The notes beneath the pieces were generated by a model. It did no database searches and was not told where the DNA came from. It saw only the letters and a program-made list of their open reading frames with translations. Positions 36,271 through 48,700 of a stretch of DNA of 64,000 nt are shown here, piece by piece (the stretch's first letter is position 1; the number at the start of each line of letters is the position of its first letter). This stretch comes from a virus. The stretch spans positions 32,001-96,000 of the IMG/VR virus record IMGVR_UViG_3300024264_000011, one strand, 5' to 3'. A program made the position numbers and the translations under genes.

Positions 36271-36295
36271 AAAAAAAGAGGGTTATATAACCCTC
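36271..36295 (-). terminator. Terminator-like hairpin in the leader of the 1945-aa gene
   Basis: Minus strand GAGGGTTATATAACCCTC followed by TTTTTTT. Confidence 0.6.
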
Positions 36296-36299
36296 CTCT

Positions 36300-36307
36300 T
36301 ATTTATG
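36300..36307 (-). promoter_or_regulatory. Late promoter (NATAAATA)
   Basis: Minus strand CATAAATA overlapping the upstream stop codon. Confidence 0.65.
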
Positions 36308-36743
36308 TTGGTAGGTATATACCATCGTCTGTTTCAACTACATTACTAACAGTGTCATTTTTATCTGTCTCATCATTTTCATCAGTAAATTGTACTGATT
36401 TTGTTTCTACTGGATCATCAGAATCTACTGGTTCTTCTTCCTCTTCTTCTACAGTCACAGTGACTGTAGATGGATCAAAGATAGCGGCAGAAACACCAGA
36501 TAGATGATGATGAACGTAAATTCTATTGCCATTTTCTGTAGGAGTAAATGATACTGTATAGTAACCTACTCTGGGATCAAAAAATGGGACAGGAGAACCT
36601 GTTTCAATTGTCTTTTCGATGAGATCCCTAAACTCCTTAGGGATCTCTGTTTGATCAATTTGTTCATTACAGACTTTTAAGTTTTCTTCATTTAGAAATT
36701 CATTCAGGGCAACTTCTTGCTCTTCGTTTAGGAAAAATGACAT
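36303..36743 (-). CDS. Acidic hypothetical protein (146 aa)
   Basis: ORF track; SD GGAG; lies between the two large structural genes. Confidence 0.75.
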   Translation of the reverse strand: MSFFLNEEQEVALNEFLNEENLKVCNEQIDQTEIPKEFRDLIEKTIETGSPVPFFDPRVGYYTVSFTPTENGNRIYVHHHLSGVSAAIFDPSTVTVTVEEEEEEPVDSDDPVETKSVQFTDENDETDKNDTVSNVVETDDGIYLPT

Positions 36744-36753
36744 CGTGACTCCA

Positions 36754-39700
36754 TTAAATGTATACGTTGTTAACTCGGATGGTAGATGGGTTTGAGGTAA
36801 TTGTTACCGCTTGTTCCAAGTGTACCTTAGGATTGAATCTAGTGATCATAATGTTCATTTGTGACCAGTTAAGACCAGATAGATCACCAGCAGTTACTCT
36901 GATTGACTTGTGAGCGGCACTCGAACCCCAGTACCACCAGTAGTTACCAACTGCCTTCACTGTATTTAGTGTGTTATTAGTTGGAGAAGTGTTATAGTTT
37001 CTCTTATTAATAATGACACTCATATTGTAGTTGTGGGAACCAGCCATACCAGCGGAAACAACAGACTCACCAACTTTCGATGAAAGACCATCAGAACTAC
37101 CATCAGGAGCATACTTATCAAATTCATAATCATGAGTCTTCAGACCTTGTGGACGATAGTAATACAATTCATAATCAGTACTTGTTGTCATTGTTTGACT
37201 ATCAATCGCAGTTGGTAGATTTTCAGATAGAATAATTTCATTAGTATCATTCTCACCACCACCACCACCTACATATCTAACTTGACCAACGTAAATGTAA
37301 CCAGCAAGACCAGCAGTTGGACTGGATGGTTTTCTCAAGTAAATCTGGTCACCTCTAGCAATCTGTGTTGTATATGCACGAAGTACTAATGTTGATCCAG
37401 CAGTAATTGTAAAACCAGTTACAGTTATTGAAGAACCACGAGCATAAGATGCATAGTTTGAATTATCAGCAGCTTCTACACTGTAGATTCCAGCTGGAAC
37501 AACATCACCAGCATTATATAGTTTTCCTTTTCTGAGGTTTCCAGTTACAGTGTTGGAAGCATTTTTATTTACAAGTGTCTGTTTGTGGTGTTTATCTGTA
37601 GATGATCTATCAGACAATCTAACACGTATACCAGTATCAACAAAGATGTCAGCAGCGTTAGTTGCAGCACTATTAAGTGGACCTGCAGAATAATGTTGGA
37701 TGTAATCAGCAGTGATTTGTTCCGACAATCTTGTCTTTCTACCAGAACCCCAGTTGATGTTACCACCATTATCACCCTTTCTAAACGAGAGATCTTGTAA
37801 TTGATAAGAAACTCTGTTTGGAATAGTAATTCTAGACTCGGCAATTGCATCGAATGTACTTGCCCACTGGTGTGGTTGATAAGTAACCGATCCAAATCCA
37901 CCGTCATAATATCTTCCAGACCACCAGTCTTCTCTTAGGAACTTCTTAGAAGTCGAAAGTGACATTCTAATTGCATCAGATGTGCTTGTGATGTGGTTGA
38001 TTGGGTTACCATATGCAACTCTATCAAACACCTGATTATCTTCTGGGAGATAATTTAGGAAACTAGATGAGAAGAAGGAATTAGTTCCGTTTGTATAGAA
38101 GTATCTTTGTGCAGGAGTAAATGCAGCACCGTTATAGTTAACGTCAGTTGTAACACCTCTATGAGTCCAGATAGGACGTACAGGTTGTGCAGTCTTCCAA
38201 ATACTATTCGCTCTCTGTCTACCCCAGTTAACGACGAGTGAACCAAGTGATGTGAATCCAATTGGTCTAGACCCATCAGATAGTCTACCCCAGTTACCAA
38301 CCCATCCATGAGAACCATAGATACCATAACCTTTGTTCTGAGATCCTTGTCTATACCAGTCATTCCAGATATTATAGTCATTAAACTCCATAGTACCACC
38401 CTTTTCACTATGGAAGATTCTCTTACATACAGCACCATCTTTAGCAAATAGGTCGGATGTGTGAGAGATCTGTATATCACTTACTGAAACCCAATCTGTA
38501 GTATCTGGATATTCTTTGAACAGAATATTATCTGGTGAATCCAGTGTAATTTCAGAATAACCGTCAGTGCCAGGAGTACCAACAGTGACAACAGTACCAG
38601 TAACTCTCTTCAATGATGGTTTTGGTTTAGCAAATATGAGTTTCATACCATTTGTAAATCCACCTTGATAGTTAAAGTTGAAGTCAATTAGTTCACCTTC
38701 TAGAGTTGGTACTTGTGCTGCAAGATAGACGACAGAACCACTAGTTGTATCAATAAAGATTGAATTATCTGGAATGTATATACCATCAGAACCTGCTGTT
38801 GTGGTAGTATCATCAGAAGATCTGAATGGATGAGGATCAGATGATGTAAGATCAGTTAATGTACCACTATCTTCTCTCTGAATCAAGAATTTAGCAACAG
38901 TTGAATCATATCTTGCATACAGTACACTACCACTACCATTAGGAGAATTGTAAGAATCAGATTCTAATGCAAGGCGTGGTTCAAACGATAGAACACCACC
39001 ATTTGAATCAACATCACTGACGTAGAAGTAGACATCTTTTGGATATCTTGGGTTATCATAACTGAATACAGCACCTTCGACTAGAATGTAATCATTAACT
39101 TCATAACCAGTACCCGCAGCAAGGATAGTAGCTTGTTCAACAGTATTGTTAATTACTCGGAATCCAATGTTACATCCAACACCTGCTTTAGAGTTGGATC
39201 TTACTAATGAATTTCTCCAAGGATCAGCTGATTGTTGTGTAGCACCATTAACATCATAAACACCCATAGTATCATTATTAAAGTCTTGGTTTAGAGCAGT
39301 CTCAATTGCTGTTGCATCACCTGTGATGGATGAGTAATCCCCAGCATCACCATTCGTAGTACCTCCACCAATATCAACGAAGAATCCATTAGAATTATCT
39401 GTTAATGAATTTATATCAACAATTGTACTAGTTGAATATCTATACTTGGTTGTTGGTTGATCTTCACTGAAGGTTGCACCATTCCAGAAACTGTTTGCAT
39501 TTGAGTTACCAAATGCGTAGTTATCAGTTTCTTCACCTTTAGTATTTTCATATCTAACGTGGAATACATTATAAGTACCATTATTCTTGAATCTATCGTA
39601 AACACCGATGTTATTAATAGAACTTATATCTAATCCTGATAGAGTATCACCTTCTTCAACACTAATACCTCGTAGATAGAATCTACCTTTGTTAATGTCT

Positions 39701-42700
39701 CTGTAACTATCTCTACTAATCTGTTGAACAACCTTACTTGCTTCATATGTATAGGCGAAACTATCACCCGCAAGAATTCTTCCACTGAAGTTTGGTAGAG
39801 TAATCTTATTACTATTACCATTACCACCATCTACAAAGATTCTTGCCATATTTGATGGTAAGTAACTTGCACCACTTCTTGGGAATGTCCATCCACCATG
39901 GTTAATCGAGATAAATCCAAAGTATCTAGATTCTGCAGAAGTAATGAAGTTTGTTTGTTCTGTACCATACCTTGTAGCATAATAAGTGTTTAGATCCATC
40001 TTACCATTATCACCAGAAGAACCATAGTCAAATGGATCTGATAAGTGAAGTCTAATTACCGCACCAGCGTCACCATTTTCAGTATTCGTCAGTTTCTGAA
40101 TATCAGAAATTCTTGACTGGAAGATCTCATTATGTCTTCTCCAAGCATGTCCTTCAGTATTGAACTGTGGAACAATTTGGAACTCATCTCCTACAGCAAG
40201 ATTACCGAGAAGTGGGTTGAATAGTTCAAATTCAAGATATCTTCTGTTGTCAAATGCAACAGGGAAGTTAGCAGGTAATGCAGTTAGTGGTTCCTTATTT
40301 GCTAAGATAGCATATGTATAAGAACCGGCTGAAGAACCTGATCTAGTTACAGATGTAATTGTTGTATTCTCTTCCCAATATGCTGTGGCACCAGTAACAT
40401 TCAAGATTGAAATACCTGGTACAAGACCTTTACCAATGTCCTGATCACCATCCTGAGCGATAGTGAATTGTCTAGTTTTACCAGAAACAAGTGCTGCATT
40501 GTTATCACTGGAACTCGAAGCATTATTATCGGCGTGTGGTTTACCTAGAATCGTGGAGAAACTTGTCAAACCTCTAATCAAGGTCAATGGATCAATCTTA
40601 TCATAGATATTATGAGTAGTTTTTCCAGTAGACCAAGTATTTGATGACTGGACAATATGATGGAGACTGGTTAGATTATTTGATAATCTTGCGTGACCAT
40701 CATTCTTATCAGTACTGTCTTTAATATCAGCATATGCTGGTTGGTCAGTAGTTACATAAGCACTAATTCTAGCATCACCAAGTCTATTTGTAGAACCAGA
40801 AAGACCAGGATCACCTTCAGCAGTAGTAACTGTTACCTTAATATTGGATGGTGTATAGTGATACTTGTCAGTATATCCAGAACCAGTGTCATAACCTCTA
40901 TTGTTTGAACCTACACCAAGGTTTCTCCAAGGTAAGGAGACAATTTGACCAACTTCATATTTCTCAAGATCTTGATTTAGATTGTCATCAGATGAATAGA
41001 TGTCAATAAATGCACGCTGTTGAGTCTTGATACCTTCTTTAGAGAGGTATTCCTCATCTAAATTGATATAACCAATAGACTTAACTCTCTTATATGTACA
41101 AGAAGTTGTATCAACAGGATCTGCAAGTTTAATTGGGGTTGACTTAACAGTACCAGTTGCAACACCAGGAACAGCTTCAGTTGGATTTGCTGGATCCAAA
41201 CCAGCTTCAAAAGCAGTTGCAATTTCTAAACCATCCCAATCATGAATGTATGATGGCCAGAAATCAATATTACTTCTATTGAGAGTAATCTTATAACCTT
41301 GGTTATCATCAATATAAGTCTTAATGAAGCTACAGAGTTCAAGTTCACCGATTTCTGCTCTACCAGCGGTTGGCCAGTATCTTAGAATGTTATCATCTTC
41401 ATAAAGGTAGAATCTAGTGATTACTTCATCTCCTCTCTTCTTGGTGTAATTAATCTCATAAGATGTTTCTTCAAGTCTTACAACTAGAGAAGTTCTAATA
41501 TCTTCCGCATTTATTGGATTTGCATATTGGTGAATACCTAGGTATGGTCTACCTGGGAGACTATATGCAACCTTGTAATACTGACCACCATATTCAATGT
41601 AACTACCAGGAGAAATAATTGACTTAATTCTCTGCAATTCACCCTTGATACTGGTTAGGTTTGTTTCGCGGAAGTTATTAACAAGGAACGAAGCATTTTC
41701 TACATTATTGACAACCTCACCAGGAGCAAACATATCATAGTTTGTATCAGTGTCAGAAGTTCTAGTAGAAGTAGTTTCCAACATGGTTATCTTGAAACCA
41801 TTGAATGTAGATTCATTTACAGATGTAAATGTAGTACCATTGTAGTAAAGAACATCATCTTGTGCATTATTAATTCCTAGAGAAACAATACTACAAGAAG
41901 CAACCTCATTATCAATATTTGTCTGTAGAATTACTCTTACATCATTATCATTGTTATTGCCAGTAGTATCAGCTTTTCTGAAGTTGATAATATTTACAGC
42001 ACCAGATGCTTCCTCACTTACAGATACACCAGTACCTAACTTCTGGATCGCAAAATCCTTACTATTAGCAAAGATTGATTGGTTTTGTGCTTCATCAAAT
42101 CCTAATTCATACTTAGAGTGACCACTAGCATCTGCATTAGATCTCTTAATGTATCTGGTAGTTAGTGTAGAAACATAGTTGAATCTCTGAGAAGGAATAT
42201 ACTTCGTCAAGAACTGTAATTCAAAGTCATCAAAATCACCAGTAGGAGTACCACCATCATCCATTCCTCTCATGTCATCTTCACCTTCGTATTGAACGTT
42301 ACCAGAGTAACCAATCTCGAAGATTGCTATGTTTTGATCAGTTTTCTTATAGAATTCAAAGGATGTTACTGTACCGAGAACAGAGTCCTTGTTACCATTT
42401 CTGATAATTTCGGTGAAGTTTGGAATAATGTTCTTCGCAACTTCTTCTGCTTTTCCCTTATTAGCAGTGTTATTATATGGCAACTCGAATGTAATAGTTT
42501 TTGGTTCTAGATCTCTAACACCGTCAGTGTGACCACCTTCATCTCTACCAAAGTCGCTTGCTCGGATAACAAGACCACTAGAGTTATTAAATCTAAGTCT
42601 CCTACCAGAGAAGTCACCAGATGGTGAAGCAAGTGTAGAAATTTTGTCAGTCAAGAATCTTTCGTAAATATCTACAGTGTCATTCCACTGACCAGTAGAG

Positions 42701-45700
42701 TTGAACTTAGGAATAGCATTTACAGTACTAATTGGGAAGGTTCTTGAGTCATAATCAACGATTTCACCAGTTGGTAATTGATTTGGTTCAATATAGAGGT
42801 TATTTTCATCTCTAAACATTGTGTAGTACTTATAGTTGATGTCTTCTTTACTTACATTCAACTCTTTATATGCACTATTACCAAGTTTGGAAATATTAAT
42901 GATACCAGCAGTTTCAACCAAATCTACAGAGTGACCATATGTAAATCTGTTCTCGGATGACAATCTAGCATCATTATCCGTAAGTAATCCAGACCAATCC
43001 AAACTCAAGTTACCACGGAATCTTACACCCTGGAGACTTACAGTACCATTGTCGATTGCAATTAGACCACCATGATAACCACCACCATAAGTGTTTGATC
43101 TATCATTAGCATCACTCATTGCGCCAATAGTACAATTGACGAGTTTAACAGTATTTGATGTACCTGGAACACCAGAGACCTTGATGAGTGTAGCACCCAA
43201 GTTACCAACAGTAGGTGGTGTTGAAGTTGGGAACTTCTTACGATTCACTTTATAGTTTTTAGCATAATTACATGTAACTCTTCTACCGATAGTAGTCAAT
43301 CCAGAACCAGACTGTCTATAACCAGTTCCTGCTTGTTGTAGGTTATACTTTGCAATTGCTTCAAACTGTTGGTCACTAGCAAACGTAGTTCTTCTTCTAT
43401 CCTTAGGAGTGAAAGTAACATCACCCACCGTAATATTAGGTGAATTTTCATTAAAGTTAATGTCCTGATAACCAAAACCACTGAATTGTCCTTTAACAGA
43501 ACCATTCACTCCATCATTATCACCAAGAGCTCCCATTTCAGATGCCTTGACTTCAAATAGAACATATCTAGTATCTTGTCTACCATAAAGTCTTCTATAA
43601 CCATTTGCAAAACCAGGAATAGTTACAGAATATTCTTCACCGAGATGTGTACCGCCACTATTTGTTAGATAGACGGAGATTGATGGATAGAATGTGAATA
43701 GGTTAGTTGCAGGATATTGTTTCTTAGCAGGATATAGACTACCAACTGTTAATGTTAGGTCATTCGTTGGAGAAGTACCACCAAGAGCAGTACCCAAAAT
43801 CGTTACTGTATCGTCTACAGCAAATCCAGTACCAGCATTTAATTCCTCAACAGTAACATCATATCTATAGAAACCACCATTACCCGCAGCAATATCAACC
43901 TTGAATGTAGCACCAGAACCACTGCCAGATGTTGATACACCAGTAGAAGAACTAGTTAATGTGAAGGATGTCTCTGAAGATGAACCATTTGCAGCACCAG
44001 ATCTTGAGAACGATCTAATACCACCACTATCTTTAGATGGGTTTGTATCAATAACTAGGTTAATAGTATCTGACTTATAACCAGCAACGATACCAAAGAC
44101 AACTGGGATATCATATTCACTATCGTCAAAACCTTCACCACTGGTTGACATTGACTTAGGAACAATCTGGTTTCTCTTTTGTTTACACCAGTTATAAGTT
44201 AGAGTACAGAATTCATCACCATTTCTATTAACAAATATAATTTGAATACCAGATGTTAGAGAGTTGGGACTAGAAATACCGGCATCAAGCATTCCGATAT
44301 CACTTAGATCAATATCAGCATCACCTCTAGTTCTAGTAGTATTTGAAGGTTCAAATACAGCACAAATAACTTCAATAGAATCAATCGTAGTTACACTATT
44401 TGCAGTTGATGTGTTTTTCTTAACATCGAGAACTCTGGTTCTCTTAGTAGATGCATCTTGTGTTTGACCTGACTGGTTGGGGAAATAATATAAAGTAGTA
44501 CCAGGAATTACATATTCTGTTAATTGATTAAATCTAGCTTCATTTGTAGAGAACTTAGATCTCTCAAACTTGAACTTGATGTATCTAGCATTTGGTGACT
44601 TCTTCGTAGTTGTATCTACAGTTGGAGATTTCTCATCTCTATCGTCTTCAGTAATTTCTCCACTATTAATAAAGTATTCAAAACTACCTTGACCAGTACT
44701 ATTTGTTCCAGTGTACTTGGTTTGGAAACTCATTCCACCAGAGACACCACCAGTAGCAGATGTTGAATTATCAAAGTCCTTAGACTCTTTAACATACCAT
44801 GCTTTTCTTACTCTCCTTCTTGCAGAAACAGTATAACTATCTGTTGAGTATGCATTGTCTAGAATTTCATTTCTTGTGATTGATTCATTGAGACCCAAGA
44901 AGTGTACATTTTCAATATTAATACCACCAGTTGATTCTAATCTATCACCAACACTATTGATGTATAGTAAATCTGTTCTACCACCCCAACTATTACTAAA
45001 TTTAGGACTTCTGTAGAAACTTACACTATCACCAGATTTGACAGTTTTATTTGAATAACCACCAATTCTTCCAGCTGGTTCATTAGCAAGTTCTTTAGAA
45101 TACTGTTCAGTAGTCTTCTTAGAACCACTACCATTAATCTTCAACTGACATGGGAATGTAATTTGTGAGCCGTACTCACTATCACTATCTGAATATAGTC
45201 TATAATAACCTGGTTTCATCATGACTTCAACAATATCATTCTGAGTGAAACCTGCATCCTGAGCAAAGTCTGCGACCTGCTTAAGATTTTCAAATGGTTG
45301 GAACGTCTTAACAGTTCTCTTGGTTTGTAGGTTAGCACCTAATGCTTTAGATGTAACTGGGTTTGGTACAATACCTTCAGTATAAGTATCATCGATTCTG
45401 CCAGTAAATGGAACTGGTTTGGTTGGCAATTCGTATAGAGTTGCACTTTCGATGTCAACGTCTTCACTGATCTCTTCTACATCAGGAATAAATGCATTTT
45501 CTACAGTCCACTTATCACCATAAGATGAGTATGTTACAGAACCAGAGAAGTAGATTTCTGAACCATCGGAACTAGTATAAGATATACCAGTGTCATTGTT
45601 GGACTGAGTTGTTACTTTTCTGAGTAGTGAAATTCCTGGTGATGTTCTCTTTACGTATACGAAAGTACTATATTTAGTTTGTCCACCATCAACCTTTCTG

Positions 45701-48700
45701 AAGGTTACGGCACCTCTAGATGGTAATTTAGCGTGGAAGTTTGTTGCGATATTAACAAGTACACCATTATTTCCACTACCATCAGTTTCAGTTCCACCCT
45801 CACCAACTACTGTAGATGAAACACTAGCACTTACACCAGTGGTTCCTCCATTCACAAGAGCACCGTAGAGATACTTTGGATCTAATAGTTCTTCTGAATC
45901 TTCAATTACTTGTACTACTGATGGATAATTTTTAATAATAGTATGTAAATCATATTGTGTTGCTTCTGGTAATACAGAATTTACATAATTTTCATATGCA
46001 GCAAAGTTTTGTGAAGTTGAAACCGAAACAGTGTTTGTGGTATAATCAACTTCATCATACTGTAGTGAAATGTTGATAACTGGATTCAAGTAGTACTTAA
46101 CGTTACTAATTTCGATATAATCTTTTGATGTAACGTGATCTAGAGTTTGTTCAACATCAATTCTACCAAATGGTGGCATACCACTAGTATCAACCAATTC
46201 TAATTGATCAACAGCGAACATATCAATTGAAGAACCAGATGCAAATGATGCAGTTGTGTCCGAATTTACATATGCGAGTTGAATTGTAGTTGAAGTTACT
46301 GAAGTAACAACTGCTTCTTCTTTAATCTTATCTTTGTTTCTATTGGTCTGAGCAACTCTCATTCCAACTTTAATTACATCATCAAGAGATGATCCAGAAT
46401 TTTGACCACTTAATGTGACTGAAGAAATAGCACCAGTACCATTGATACTACCAGTGAGTGTAATTGGTTCTGCAAGTGCAGTAGTCAATGATTCATCATT
46501 CTTCTTAGCAGAAGTAAATGTTCTACTGAGTGGTTCAATGTAAACTCTGTTATTATCTAAGTTGATGTTAGTTGCGGAAAGAATCTTCTTCTTAATTCTC
46601 CAAGCATCAAGGAACTTAGGTGAAACATATAGTCTATCATTGGTATCAGTAGCAATGTAACCAGTCTTCTCTGGTCTTGCACCCTTCGTGAAACCATAAC
46701 CTTCAGGACCACCTTCTGGGAATTTCTCACCATTGAGGATAGAGTTGTTTGCAATAAACATTCTATCAGTTACATATAGAGTCTGGATGTTTGCTCTATC
46801 GGTAACAGTTAGTCTAGCGGTGGTAAAGAAGTTCGATAGACCCTTGAGGAGATTCTGTTGTGCAGAACTCTTGTTAGGTGAAGCAATAACGTTGATAACG
46901 TTGTTTGCAATTCTATTCTCTAGGTCACTGACATCAACAGCGTTAGATTCGGATGACTTACGTACTTTAGGTACGTTTAGAGTAGTTGTTGATTGACCAC
47001 CAGCCTGAATGACTTGATTACCAATATAGAAATCACCAGCAGAGTTAGTACCAGAAGATGCAACGAAACCACCAGCGTTTTCGTAACCCTGTGCAATAAA
47101 CTGTTCGTATGCCTTGAGGACTCTTGTTTGTAGGTTGGGGAAACCAGTTGAATAGTTACCAGGACCAATACCAATATATTCCCAAGTGTGTGAAGAAGCA
47201 CGTAGGATAGAAGGTCTTAGGAGTGGTACAACTGGTGCGATCGACTGTGGGTGGTTACCTGGAGTATTGCCAGTTACAGCGTCATGTGTTCCACTAATAG
47301 TAGATGTTGTTGCGGAACAAACTGGGATCTTTCTTTCTTCATCTGAAAGTGCAAAACCATACTTGTTAGCATCAACAGAATTTTGATCAGTGATTGTACT
47401 GGTTCCTTGACCAATACGATAAGATTGTGATGATGTAGCAGTACCATAAACATTAAATGATGTAGAAACAGTGCTATAGTTAGACGTATCAGAAGCACGA
47501 TCATCCCAAGATGCAACTGGTGCAACCTTTACATTTACTTCAGTACCAGCAGTTGACTTGATATAACATAGATCAAGTGCTTTTACCAATCTATGACAAG
47601 CTTCAGCGGTTAGTGATGTTAGAGCAGGAACTTCATGGAATGGAGTTGAATTATCATTTGATTTGTGATATTTCTTGTTTGGTACAGAGACATCTTTTGG
47701 TCTGAAACCGAAGTAGTTAGCATTTGATGATGTATCACCAGGCATCTGCTCGACAATTACACGAGAATCTGTCTGTGGTGGGTTCCAAAGTACTCTTGGG
47801 TTACCAATATTACCTTCTTCATTGGTTGAAGGATATAGGTAGTTAACGTTAGAAGAAACTCTATAGTTTCTATCATCAAATGATAGTTCAGAAAGTCTGT
47901 CAGCAATAATGATATCATTATTGTCTTCTCTCTGAAGAACGTGTGGTGTATTTTCATAACCAGTTCCATCAGAACCATCTATAAACTTATCAATATCTGC
48001 TCTTAGGATTGTTAGATAATATTCACCATCTCTTACACCTGCTTGCCATGTCTGTACTTCTTGTACATCCCAAATAGTAAATCTATAGTTAGTATAAGGA
48101 ACACCATCTTTATCATTTTGTGGACTTGTACCTTGGATGATAAATCTCTTTTCTGGTGGTTTTGGTGTAATTTTTTCACCATCAGTATTTACATAGTTCT
48201 TTGGAATTATATACTTAACTCTCCAAAGTAAGTCATTAGGTGTAGAAGCTCTCTGGTCAAGTAACTTAGCAGTAGTTACTGAACCAGGGAAACCTTCCCA
48301 ATATTCTAGAACATTAATGTCTTTAGTAGTTGAAACAACAGAAGTACTTCCGTCGTCATTTGTTATTGTTTCAGTAACGAAAGTAGTTTCAACAATATCA
48401 GCGAAAATAAATTCAGAAACATAAGTTCTGGTATTTGATTTTGTTGAATCTAGTTCAACATAAACTTTTTGACGAACTCTATCCCACTTATAACCGACAC
48501 GTTCATGGTTCTTTGTTTCACTATCGTTAGTTGATGTTGCAATGGAAACAGTAGCTTCGTAAGTGGATAGTCCACCACCTTCACCATCAACTTGGTTTAC
48601 GATTACGCAATCATTTGCACTTAAGACACCACTTGTATCATAATATTCTCTGAATAAATTGTAGTTATTACCAGAACCATAAGTCAAGAATCTCTTGACT

